From contig CBFHKU010000003.1 of the NCBI GenBank assembly GCA_965656495.1, forward strand, positions 64,001 to 128,000: 64,000 bases of DNA, written 5' to 3'. The notes beneath the pieces were generated by a model. The model was given only the letters and a program-made list of their open reading frames with translations. It had not been told where the DNA came from and did no database searches. Source of the DNA: Coraliomargaritaceae bacterium. Lineage in GTDB: Bacteria > Verrucomicrobiota > Verrucomicrobiia > Opitutales > Coraliomargaritaceae. Position numbers and translations under genes: made by a program. This document shows, one piece after another, positions 1-9,443 of this stretch; position 1 is the first letter of the stretch, and every line of letters starts with the position of its first letter.

Positions 1-1689
1 ATTGCTGGATACCTTTTACTGTTTGGCCCCAATTGGAAGGGTTTGAGCGATCAAGTGTTCTCCGCACTCGGCCTGTACGCAAATATTGAGATGTGGCAGT
101 TGTCTGGTAATTATTGGGGCCCTGGTGCGGAGAGCGCGCCATTGTTACATACTTGGTCGCTATCGGTTGAAGAGCAGTTCTATTTTTTTTATCCCTTACT
201 TTTACTGATCTTATTAAAGTTCACGCCAAAACGGGTATTTACGCTGATCCTCATCGGGAGTGTATTTAGTTTAGCTATGTGCGTCTATGCCACCGAACGC
301 CACGCCAATGCTGCTTTTTACTTCTTGCCGACGCGTGCATGGGAGCTAGCGGCAGGTTGTTTATTGGCGATCTTTGAGCGTTCTCGAGGCCCAGTGCCTA
401 AAGGGAGCATTAGTCGCAGTCTTGCACTTGCTGGACTGTTGCTCATTTGCGCGGGATATTTAATCATAAAAGGCCCTGAAGGTTTTCCCGGCTTCTGGGC
501 GTTGCTACCCGTGGTTGGCACTGTTTTAGTGATTCGATTTGCGTGTACCGAGCAGTGCCTTGCAGGAAAAATATTGGGATGGGCACCTGTTGTGTATATC
601 GGGAAATGCTCTTATTCGATGTATTTGTGGCATTGGCCTGTGATCGTTCTAGTCTCTGCGCTTAAGCTAAAATACCCCGAACTGGTCAATCTATGGGCTA
701 TTCTAGCAGCGATGACTGTGCTCACTTTGGTGTCTTATCATTTCATTGAGTATCCGACGCGTAAGATGAAACGAATACTGCCATTAGTTCTGGCCGGTTT
801 GGCCACTAGCTTGGGGTTCGCTACTTTTTTACGTCATGCTGAGTATGTATATGATTTATCCATCTTTGCTCCTGTGGAAGCTTTTGGTGCGGTCTACGAT
901 GTCGTGCCATTCCCGCCTGAATTAGACGAGCGTCTTGAAGGTGTTGTGTCGCCGGACCGAGACCCCGCACAATATGCAGCATACGCGAATGATGGGGTTG
1001 TCCGTCAATTCGGGGGCGAAACGCCATCAGTAGTTGTTCTAGGCAGTTCTCATGGATTAATGTGGGGGAGAACGATTGAAGATATTTGTCGAGAGCTTGG
1101 CTTGACGGTTTTTTTCTATACTGCACGAGCGACGCCTCCTTGGATCTCGCTTCCAGTAGTTGCAGAAGCATCGCGTTTTTTTACCGAAGATCAGAAGTAT
1201 GCATTCGATATGAAGCGCATAGAGAATATTAAGGAATGGGCTCCTGATGTTGTGATCATAGTGGACCGTTGGTCTGTTCGTGGTGACCCGTTTGAGCATA
1301 CCGAGCTGCTTCAATATATAGAATCATGTGGGTCACAAGTCCTTCTGATCGGCCAACCACCTGAGTTGTCGACAGGGGATATGAGTATTCCACTACTCAT
1401 GGCCTATCGGTATGCTTCTTCTAATAGTCCGCCGCATCAAGATTACTTAGAGGCGCATCGTCCAGTGGTTGTCGATGATGCAAATTCTCGTATACGCGAG
1501 CTAGCAGAATTCTTTGAGTTTTGTCATTTCGTCGCCGTACAGGATCTATTTGAAACTGAAGATGCTCACGTGGTAGTCCGCGAGGGCAATCAAATCTTGT
1601 ATATTGACGACGATCATTTGAGTCAGGCGGGTGTGCAAAAAGCTAAAGACCGTCTCAAGCAAGCAATAGTAGCTTTAGTCAAAGAATAA
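1..1689 (+). CDS. OafA/acyltransferase-3 family O-acyltransferase with C-terminal SGNH domain (5'-truncated by window edge)
   Basis: Frame open from base 1; HTWSLSVEEQFY, YFLPTRAWEL and SYSMYLWHWP AT3 motifs; SGNH-type GSSHG and DDDHLS motifs. Confidence 0.9.
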   Translation: MAGYLLLFGPNWKGLSDQVFSALGLYANIEMWQLSGNYWGPGAESAPLLHTWSLSVEEQFYFFYPLLLLILLKFTPKRVFTLILIGSVFSLAMCVYATERHANAAFYFLPTRAWELAAGCLLAIFERSRGPVPKGSISRSLALAGLLLICAGYLIIKGPEGFPGFWALLPVVGTVLVIRFACTEQCLAGKILGWAPVVYIGKCSYSMYLWHWPVIVLVSALKLKYPELVNLWAILAAMTVLTLVSYHFIEYPTRKMKRILPLVLAGLATSLGFATFLRHAEYVYDLSIFAPVEAFGAVYDVVPFPPELDERLEGVVSPDRDPAQYAAYANDGVVRQFGGETPSVVVLGSSHGLMWGRTIEDICRELGLTVFFYTARATPPWISLPVVAEASRFFTEDQKYAFDMKRIENIKEWAPDVVIIVDRWSVRGDPFEHTELLQYIESCGSQVLLIGQPPELSTGDMSIPLLMAYRYASSNSPPHQDYLEAHRPVVVDDANSRIRELAEFFEFCHFVAVQDLFETEDAHVVVREGNQILYIDDDHLSQAGVQKAKDRLKQAIVALVKE

Positions 1690-1699
1690 CATTAAGGAA

Positions 1700-2104
1700 A
1701 TGAAGATGCTTGGGGAAGTAATCGAACTGCAATCTCTAGGAGATTCAAGAGGAGGGCTTATTGTTGCGGAGGCACAGCGACACATACCATTTGAAATTAA
1801 GAGAGTGTATTGGATCCATAGCACACAAGCTGGAGTGGAACGTGGTTTTCATGCCCATAAAGTGTTACGACAAGTTGCCGTTGTCGTTAATGGTTCATGC
1901 GAAATAGTGCTAGACGACGGCAATGATACAGCATGCATTCCTATGCATGCCTCTGGTGCGGGCGTTGTGATTGAGCCAGGTATCTGGCATTACATGAAAA
2001 ACTTTACAGCTGACTGTGTTTTACTCGTGTTTGCGGATGCGCATTACGATGAGGCGGATTACATCAGAGATCACGACGAATTTGTTCGGTCGATTGAAAG
2101 CTAG
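1700..2104 (+). CDS. fdtA: FdtA/QdtA-family cupin, dTDP-4-keto-6-deoxyglucose 3,4-ketoisomerase
   Basis: DSRGGL, IPFEIKRVY, RGFHAHK, IWHYM and YDEADYIRD motifs. Confidence 0.88.
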   Translation: MKMLGEVIELQSLGDSRGGLIVAEAQRHIPFEIKRVYWIHSTQAGVERGFHAHKVLRQVAVVVNGSCEIVLDDGNDTACIPMHASGAGVVIEPGIWHYMKNFTADCVLLVFADAHYDEADYIRDHDEFVRSIES

Positions 2105-2112
2105 GTTTATAT

Positions 2113-3090
2113 ATGTTAGAATTTGTTAAGTATCGTGCCGACTTGAAGGAAGAGTGGGACCGTTTTGTCGAGAGTTCTAAGAATTCCAGTTTCTTGCTAA
2201 AACGCGATTATATGGAGTATCATGCTGATCGTTTTGAAGATGCGTCGGTTATGGTTTATGATGGGGGCTCATTGGTCATGGTCCTTCCCGCCAATCAGAG
2301 AAGTGAAACAATTGTTAGTTCACATGATGGCTTAACTTATGGAGGATTTGTTCTGGATCGTGAGATTAAGCTGCCTGTTGTTTTGCCCGCAATCGCAGGA
2401 GTCCTAGATTTTTATAATCGTAACGGGGTCGCGAGTTTGGAGGTTAAAGTAATTCCTCGCTTCTTCAATACGGTGTCCTCGGATGAAGTAGACTATGCAA
2501 TGTTTGTGTGTGGCGCGGAACTGTATCGGAGAGATACAGCACTCGTTGTCGACCAAGCTGCACGTATTCAGTATAGTGGAAATTACCGTCGAGAGGCGAA
2601 TCGTGCGCGTAAAGAGGGCTTAACCGTGCAAGAGGAAGCCGAGTTGGAGCCATTTTGGAATGAAGTGCTTCGGCCGAATTTGAGTTTGCGATTTGGGGTC
2701 GAACCAGTGCATACGCTGGAAGAGATGGAGACCTTGAAATCGCGTTTTCCTGAAAATATCAAATGCTATTCGGTTCGTGATCGTGATGGTGTCATTCAGT
2801 GTGGTTCCGTCTTCTATTTATCTAAAGAGATTGCGCACTCCCAATACATATCGTCTTCAGATGCTGGGCGACGTAACGGGGCACTCAACCTCCTCTTTAT
2901 TGATTTGATGGATGAAGTACTTTGTGGGCATCGTTTCTTCGATTATGGTACTGCTAATGATAATCAGGGCAGAAAGCTTAATCTCGGTTTACTCGCGTGG
3001 AAAGAACGCATGGGAGGTCGCACTGTGGTTCATGACTTTTATCGTGTTGATACCAGTAAGGCAGACTTAGTTGGATCTGTAATACAATGA
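2113..3090 (+). CDS. FemAB-like GNAT-fold acyl/aminoacyltransferase
   Basis: RDYMEYHADRF, SHDGLTYGG and FDYG...GLLAWKERMGG pattern of FemAB-related GNATs found in O-antigen loci. Confidence 0.7.
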   Translation: MLEFVKYRADLKEEWDRFVESSKNSSFLLKRDYMEYHADRFEDASVMVYDGGSLVMVLPANQRSETIVSSHDGLTYGGFVLDREIKLPVVLPAIAGVLDFYNRNGVASLEVKVIPRFFNTVSSDEVDYAMFVCGAELYRRDTALVVDQAARIQYSGNYRREANRARKEGLTVQEEAELEPFWNEVLRPNLSLRFGVEPVHTLEEMETLKSRFPENIKCYSVRDRDGVIQCGSVFYLSKEIAHSQYISSSDAGRRNGALNLLFIDLMDEVLCGHRFFDYGTANDNQGRKLNLGLLAWKERMGGRTVVHDFYRVDTSKADLVGSVIQ

Positions 3091-4037
3091 TTGAAATCAG
3101 AGAAGGCTGTGTTGTCGGCGAGGTTGAAAACAATCATCCTCCATTGTCGGTTATCCCGTGCTCTCTGGCCGCAGCATGTGAAAATGCAAGAATTGGGTGC
3201 CGTGATTCCAAAGAATTAAATCAGTTGCTTATGAAGCGATTGGGGGCGTTGGAAGTTGTGGTTGGGCAGAATTGTCGAGAATCTTTGAGGGGCGTATTGG
3301 ATTGTTTAGGCATTCAATCGCCAAATGATGAGGTGGCAGTTTTTACTACAAGTGGAAAGCCTTACTTGTCGGGATGTGTTTCGAAAACAATCGATTCTGC
3401 GGGGTCATGGGTTCGTGAAACGATTACTTCGAAGACTAAGGCTATTTTAGTTGTTCATGAATTTGGTTATCCTTACGAGAATGTTTCAAGGTTTAGACAG
3501 TTTGAATTGCCAATTGTTGAAGATGTCGCGTTTTCATTTAATTCTAGACATCTTGGCGGCGATTTAGTTGGCACTAGAGGTGACTACGCTGTGTTCAGTT
3601 TTTCGAAGTATTTCGATATCCAAATCGGTGGAGCTTCCGCGAGGCTAAATCCAGACGTTCCCGAGCTTCCCATTGAGCAGAATAGTAATGCTGTCCACTA
3701 CGTGAAAGGTGTTGTTCTTTCTCAGTATTCTAACATTGAACCATTTGCACAAACGAGGATTGGTCTCTTCAAGTATTACGTAGAACGATTTCGGGCAATT
3801 GGAGTGGTCCCTTATTTTGAGGATACTATGGGAGTCGTTCCTGGCGTATTTCTCTTTCGTGCTCCGACTGATTGGAATCTGGTTCAGCTAAAGGAATACT
3901 TATGGAAGCGTGGGATACAATGCACCGTATTCTATGGTGACGATGCTTTTTACCTGCCCCTTCATCATGCGATGGACGAAGCGACCATTGACTATCTGTA
4001 TTGGATGGTTCGCTCATTTTTAGATGAGAATAAATAA
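3087..4037 (+). CDS. Divergent, short DegT/DnrJ/EryC1/StrS-like PLP-dependent protein
   Basis: TKAILVVHEFG, IVEDVAFS, GDYAVFSFSKYF (putative PLP Lys), C-terminal LPLH. Confidence 0.65.
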   Translation: MIEIREGCVVGEVENNHPPLSVIPCSLAAACENARIGCRDSKELNQLLMKRLGALEVVVGQNCRESLRGVLDCLGIQSPNDEVAVFTTSGKPYLSGCVSKTIDSAGSWVRETITSKTKAILVVHEFGYPYENVSRFRQFELPIVEDVAFSFNSRHLGGDLVGTRGDYAVFSFSKYFDIQIGGASARLNPDVPELPIEQNSNAVHYVKGVVLSQYSNIEPFAQTRIGLFKYYVERFRAIGVVPYFEDTMGVVPGVFLFRAPTDWNLVQLKEYLWKRGIQCTVFYGDDAFYLPLHHAMDEATIDYLYWMVRSFLDENK

Positions 4038-4863
4038 TTTTATATTAACAGGATTTGATCGGTCTGGTACTAGCGCGATCTCTCGAACCCTTGCAATGCA
4101 TCCTAGCGTTGAACTTGTCTTTCGTCCTTTTAACGGAGGAAGTATTCGTGAGAAGATGTATGATATTTTGTCGGATGAGAACGTGTCTGATGCAGATGTT
4201 CAATTCTTCAGTGAATTGTCGAAGGGTAAGTTTGATTCCCGCTATGTTGTATCATGGTGGCATAAAAAGTATTCTTCTATCTCTAATCGCTTTCTAGAAG
4301 ATCGTTTGCATGTAATTATTACGAACTTGAACCATTTTACAGTTCCTTGGGTTTCGGCGAAATTTCCTAATATTGAGAGTTGGGCTATCTGGCGTAATCC
4401 ACTCGATATTGTTCAATCATGCCTAGAGAATAATTTCCTAGGTGATTGGTATGAAGATGCACTAGAGAATGTAATACAAGCTGTAAGGTCAGATGAATTT
4501 CTAAGTTCTCAGTTTTTACAGTATGAGGACTGTTTAGATGATGAGGTTAAGAAAATTTCGTACCTCTTAGCAGTTCGTAATACTTATTTGTTCAATAATA
4601 TAGAACGTGGGAAAATTGTGGACTATGATTTGTTTAAAACAGATCCTAACCGTGCATTAAGGCCAGTTTTGGATTATTTTGAGTTAGACAGTAGTTACGA
4701 TTTTAGTAGTATGCTGGAGCAGGATCTAAATAGTGTTCCTGGTAAAGTAAGATATGCTCCTGGCATGAAGAAAAAACACACGTTTTCGGATGAGAACGTA
4801 GAGTTTCTAAGCCGCGTTATGCTGCCCTTACAAGAAGCTTTGGGGCGAAAAGCGAATGATTAA
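4024..4863 (+). CDS. Sulfotransferase-family protein
   Basis: N-terminal [12 protein letters not shown]-binding loop; [10 protein letters not shown] 3'-phosphate-binding-like motif. Confidence 0.65.
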   Translation: MRINNFILTGFDRSGTSAISRTLAMHPSVELVFRPFNGGSIREKMYDILSDENVSDADVQFFSELSKGKFDSRYVVSWWHKKYSSISNRFLEDRLHVIITNLNHFTVPWVSAKFPNIESWAIWRNPLDIVQSCLENNFLGDWYEDALENVIQAVRSDEFLSSQFLQYEDCLDDEVKKISYLLAVRNTYLFNNIERGKIVDYDLFKTDPNRALRPVLDYFELDSSYDFSSMLEQDLNSVPGKVRYAPGMKKKHTFSDENVEFLSRVMLPLQEALGRKAND

Positions 4864-5965
4864 GTTCCTAGACCTTAAAAAAGTAAACGATGCTTACAAT
4901 GTAGAGATTTTGGAGGCTATACAGCGTGTGTTAGACTCTGGATGGTATCTTCTCGGCCAAGAAGGCGCGGCCTTCGAACAGGAGTTTGCCACATACTGCG
5001 AAGCGGAGTATTGCCTCGGTGTGGCCAACGGTCTTGATTCGCTCATTCTCATCCTGATGGCGTATCGTGAGTTGGGCTTAATGGATGAAGGTGATGAGGT
5101 GATCGTTCCTGCGAATACTTACATTGCCTCTATTCTCGCGATCAGTCGGACGGGTTTGAAGCCCGTTCTGGTCGAGCCCGATGAACGCACGTATAATATC
5201 GACCCGAATCTGATTGAGGCTGCGATCACGGAAAAGACCAAAGCCATCATGGCGGTGCACCTGTATGGGCAATGTGCCGATATGGACCCGATCTGTGCGA
5301 TTGCCAAAAAGCATGGCTTGAAGGTGGTCGAAGATGCGGCGCAGGCCCACGCGGCCACTTACCGTGGACGTAAAACTGGCTCACTCGGTGACGCTGCTGG
5401 TTTTAGTTTTTATCCAGGTAAAAATCTGGGTGCATTGGGTGATGGCGGAGCCGTTACGACCAACGACGCTCAATTAGCCGAAACCATTAAAGCGCTACGC
5501 AATTACGGATCGCATCAAAAATACCATAATTTATACAAAGGGATGAATAGTCGCTTGGATGAGATTCAAGCGGCGATCCTGCGGGTGAAACTGCAGTCTC
5601 TCGATGCGGATACCAAAAAGCGCGAAGACGTTGCCAATCTTTACCTTTCTCGGCTCTCAGCCCTCAGCCTTCAGGTCTCTTTACCACACGTCGCCGACTA
5701 TGGCACACCCGCCTGGCACTTATTTGTGATTCGTGTTAAAGAGCGTGATGCGCTCGCGGCTCAATTATTAGAGCAAGGTGTTCAGACGATGGTTCATTAT
5801 CCTGTGCCGCCGCATTGCCAAAAGGCTTACTCTGAGTTGAAGCATTTATTGTTGCCACAAACGGAGCTGATTCACCAAGAGGTGCTGAGCCTGCCGATCA
5901 GTCCGGTGCTTTCCGAGGTTGAGGTCGAACGAGTCTGTTCGGCATTAAAACAGTTTTTTGTTTAG
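4856..5965 (+). CDS. fdtB: DegT-family sugar aminotransferase (FdtB/QdtB-like)
   Basis: [42 protein letters not shown]; located near fdtA. Confidence 0.88.
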   Translation: MIKFLDLKKVNDAYNVEILEAIQRVLDSGWYLLGQEGAAFEQEFATYCEAEYCLGVANGLDSLILILMAYRELGLMDEGDEVIVPANTYIASILAISRTGLKPVLVEPDERTYNIDPNLIEAAITEKTKAIMAVHLYGQCADMDPICAIAKKHGLKVVEDAAQAHAATYRGRKTGSLGDAAGFSFYPGKNLGALGDGGAVTTNDAQLAETIKALRNYGSHQKYHNLYKGMNSRLDEIQAAILRVKLQSLDADTKKREDVANLYLSRLSALSLQVSLPHVADYGTPAWHLFVIRVKERDALAAQLLEQGVQTMVHYPVPPHCQKAYSELKHLLLPQTELIHQEVLSLPISPVLSEVEVERVCSALKQFFV

Positions 5966-5983
5966 CCAGTTTCCTGCGTATTG

Positions 5984-7519
5984 ATGGCCACAGATAAAGC
6001 AGCGAACTCACCGAAGAGTTCTTATGGCAGTATTCTGAAGTCGTCCACGATTGTGGGGGGGGCGGAGGCATTCGTATATATCATTCGCTTACTTCGAGGT
6101 AAGTTGACTGCGGTGCTTTTGGGTACGGCTGGTGTCGGGCTGATTGGCATCTATTCCTCTATGATCAACCTTGTTGCTACTATCAGTGCGATGGGGCTGA
6201 GCAGTAGTGGTGTGCGAGAAATCGCGAGTGCTCGTGGTGCTGCGGATGAGGAGTTGATCGGGCAGCTGCAGTTGGCGATCAGTCGAGTGATTCTTGTACT
6301 GGCATTTGCAGCAGTGATCTTTCTTGCGGGGGCGTCTCCTTGGTTAAGTCGCTTGATGTTTGAGGGGAGTGAGTCTGCGGCTCTCCCCATCGCCTTCTTA
6401 GGTCTAGCGATTGTTTTTAAAGGTCTGAATTTATCGCAAGAGTGTTCGATTCGGGGTTTTAGGCGTATTAGAGATTTCGCACGCATTTCTATTATAGGAG
6501 CATTGATCTCGGCAATATTATCGGTTGGGGTTTACTTGTGGATTGGAGCGGATGGAATCGTCCCGGTCATTGTCATCACTGCGGCGGTGAATTACTTCCT
6601 GGCGTGGTCGTTTTCGCGAAAGCTGCAGGTAGAACCAATATCCAGGAGTTGGGCGATTTCTTTAGTGCATTCGCGTCGACTAATTGGGTTGGGGGCTGCG
6701 GTTGCTTACGGATCAATGCTCTCGAATGTTCCGCCATTAGTGACTCGATCCTTAATAGTATCAAATATGGGATTGAGTGCGAATGGTCTATATTCTGCCG
6801 CATGGGTGATATCAGGGATGTTTGCCCAATTTATTCTTAAGGCGATGTCAGCTGATTTTTTTCCCAGATTGGCTGAGCATTCAGAGGATTCGAAGGTCGT
6901 GAATCAGTTGGTCAGTGAGCAAACAGAAATTGGGATTTTGATTGCATTGCCTGGTATCCTAGTGACGACGGCTTTTGCCCCTTTGGTATTACAATTTTTG
7001 TTTACTGCTGAATTTACCCCAGCGGCTGAGTTATTACCTTGGCTACTTTTGGGGGTCTTCGCTAAAGTGGTCAATTGGCCAATGGGGATGATCATACTTG
7101 CTCATGGTGATTCGAAGCGCTTTGCACTCTCGCAGACGCTATCCGTATGTTTACACGTCGGCCTGATTTATGGTCTCTTTTCATATTTTGGACTCATTGG
7201 AGCTGTCATGAGCTTTGCGTTACTCAACACTCTGTATTGTCCCGGGATCTATCTATACTTATATTTAAAGTATGACTTTCGGTGGGCTGGTGTGGTCGCT
7301 CCGCTGCTTCTAACTTCTTTGGTTCTATTCGCTTTAGTTGTATTGTTACGGATGTACTTAACTGAGGGGATTTCGTTTTATTGCAGCGCTATAGTCATCA
7401 TTCTCCTCGGCTGTGGATTTAGTATGCATGGCCTGCTCCGGCGTTTGGAGGGACATCCACGATTAAATAAGCTGTTGCAGAAGCTTCCATCGGGAATCGT
7501 GAAACGATTTGTGAAATAA
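5984..7519 (+). CDS. wzx: Wzx O-antigen/polysaccharide flippase
   Basis: About 510 aa with many hydrophobic segments; LLGTAGVGLIG and DFFPRL typical of O-antigen translocases. Confidence 0.85.
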   Translation: MATDKAANSPKSSYGSILKSSTIVGGAEAFVYIIRLLRGKLTAVLLGTAGVGLIGIYSSMINLVATISAMGLSSSGVREIASARGAADEELIGQLQLAISRVILVLAFAAVIFLAGASPWLSRLMFEGSESAALPIAFLGLAIVFKGLNLSQECSIRGFRRIRDFARISIIGALISAILSVGVYLWIGADGIVPVIVITAAVNYFLAWSFSRKLQVEPISRSWAISLVHSRRLIGLGAAVAYGSMLSNVPPLVTRSLIVSNMGLSANGLYSAAWVISGMFAQFILKAMSADFFPRLAEHSEDSKVVNQLVSEQTEIGILIALPGILVTTAFAPLVLQFLFTAEFTPAAELLPWLLLGVFAKVVNWPMGMIILAHGDSKRFALSQTLSVCLHVGLIYGLFSYFGLIGAVMSFALLNTLYCPGIYLYLYLKYDFRWAGVVAPLLLTSLVLFALVVLLRMYLTEGISFYCSAIVIILLGCGFSMHGLLRRLEGHPRLNKLLQKLPSGIVKRFVK

Positions 7520-7539
7520 AAGCGTGGGCTCATCTTGAT

Positions 7540-8409
7540 ATGAATAATGTAAATCCAACGGTGACGGTCAGAATGTCGGCTTACAATCATGAGCGATATA
7601 TTGAGCAAGCGATTCTTTCGATCGTAAATCAAACATATCAAGATTTTGAATTACTTGTAATTGACGATGGGTCGAAAGACCAGACCCCCGCGATTCTAAA
7701 AAGGTTGAGTGAAAAATATGGCTTCCATTTCGAAGTGCAGCAAAATCAAGGGCTATGTCCCACGCTGAATAAGTTAATAAGGCGGGCTCGTGGGAAATAC
7801 ATCACTGGTTGTGCATCTGATGATTGTTGGCCGCCGATGCGATTGGAAGAGCAAGTTGCACAGCTTGAAGGACGTCCTGAGCTAGATGTTGTGCTGGGTA
7901 AGCATACGATTATAGACGGAGAGGGGCAGGTTGTTGAGTCGGGTTGGAGAATGAGGCCACCTCTGCGGGGGCGAAAAGAATATTATCCTTTGCTGCGACG
8001 AAAACGTTCTTTCGAGGCAGGTACTATGATGGTACGAGCTCAGGTATTTGAATCAGTTGGGCTTTACGATGTGTCAATTGATGTTGAGGATTTCGATTGG
8101 ATGCTACGAGCGACCAAAGTGTGTAATATTGGGTATTGTAATCGAGTGTGGCTGTATCGCCGTAAGCACGAGAGTAATTGGACGGTGACTTTGAAGGGAA
8201 AGCAGAACATCCGATCCTCGGCGGCTAAGTTGCGTCAAAAACTCGGATTCAAGGATGGTCTCATCTTTTGGTATTACGGGGTTCCGCGAGATTTTAATGT
8301 AGCAGTCAAATCAAAGGGTCGTTCTAAGGGTCTTTATTATCTGTTGCTTCCATTATTCCTATTTAACCGGGACTATTTGCGCGTTTTGTACAAAAGCGTG
8401 TGTAAATGA
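7540..8409 (+). CDS. Glycosyltransferase family 2
   Basis: SAYNHERYIEQAI, IDDGSKD, ASDD, EDFDW motifs. Confidence 0.9.
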   Translation: MNNVNPTVTVRMSAYNHERYIEQAILSIVNQTYQDFELLVIDDGSKDQTPAILKRLSEKYGFHFEVQQNQGLCPTLNKLIRRARGKYITGCASDDCWPPMRLEEQVAQLEGRPELDVVLGKHTIIDGEGQVVESGWRMRPPLRGRKEYYPLLRRKRSFEAGTMMVRAQVFESVGLYDVSIDVEDFDWMLRATKVCNIGYCNRVWLYRRKHESNWTVTLKGKQNIRSSAAKLRQKLGFKDGLIFWYYGVPRDFNVAVKSKGRSKGLYYLLLPLFLFNRDYLRVLYKSVCK

Positions 8410-8447
8410 AATTACGATCTAGCTGATCTCTTTGCGTGCTATTCTAA

Positions 8448-9443
8448 ATGCTAATGAAAGAAATCGTATCAGATTTTAAGTGTTTTATCCGCAGGCTGTC
8501 CTCTCGCCGGACTGGGACTCATCCTGATGGCGACATTATGATTTTCTCAACAGCACGCAGCGGGTCGACCTGGGTGAAGGAAGTGATCGCCTCTCAGCAG
8601 AATATCAAATTTGTGAGTGAGCCACTACTGATGGAGAGCTTAACTCGCAGGCAGTTGGGGGTCGATCCTTCATGGGGATTAACGATTCCTAGCCGAGGGC
8701 GTGAGCAGATACTAAAGAATTATTTTCAGCGTCAATTTTCCGGAAGTTGTGGTTATGGTAGCCCTTCCTTTAAGTCGGAGTTCTATCGAAAACGCTATGA
8801 TCGTGTGGTATTGAAGCTTCTCCGTTGTCAGGATATGATGAACTGGTGTGCGGACCAGTTCGGAGTTAAGGTGGTTTACTTACTGAGGCACCCTGTGCCA
8901 GTCGCTTTGTCACGAAAAGAATACAAGCGGCTGCCCATGTTTTTGGAGAGTGATGAATTTCGTGAGCGTTATCTAAGTGATGCGCAACACGCTTTCGCCC
9001 TAGATGTCGTCAGTGATGGGACTGCTCTCGAACATAAAATCTTGGACTGGTGCTTGCAGAATTTGGCCCCGCTTAAACATCTGGATAGCAGCCGTTGGCT
9101 TACGCTTTACTATGAGGATATTGTGATGACTCCGGAGCAGCAACTGGAGCAGCTTAGTGCCTATCTGAATTTGGAAGATGTCGATTCGGCTTTGGCGCGG
9201 ATCAATCAGGCTTCTTCCACGACTTACAAGTCTGACGCTGAGACCCAGGCGGTCTTGTCGGGTGAGGAAGATCTGGGCAAGCGGCGTTCGTTTTTAGTCA
9301 ATAAGTGGTTGTCGCGCGTCAATGAAACAGAGCAGGCGCAGGTGCAGGCGATTTTTGATCAGTTTGAGATTGATGTATACCGCACAGATGCCGCGATGCC
9401 AGTCGTACGTATGAACTCGGAGGCGATTGCATGCGGTCACTGA
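8448..9443 (+). CDS. Sulfotransferase-family protein
   Basis: STARSGSTW PAPS loop; LLRHPVPVALS; YYEDIV. Confidence 0.75.
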   Translation: MLMKEIVSDFKCFIRRLSSRRTGTHPDGDIMIFSTARSGSTWVKEVIASQQNIKFVSEPLLMESLTRRQLGVDPSWGLTIPSRGREQILKNYFQRQFSGSCGYGSPSFKSEFYRKRYDRVVLKLLRCQDMMNWCADQFGVKVVYLLRHPVPVALSRKEYKRLPMFLESDEFRERYLSDAQHAFALDVVSDGTALEHKILDWCLQNLAPLKHLDSSRWLTLYYEDIVMTPEQQLEQLSAYLNLEDVDSALARINQASSTTYKSDAETQAVLSGEEDLGKRRSFLVNKWLSRVNETEQAQVQAIFDQFEIDVYRTDAAMPVVRMNSEAIACGH

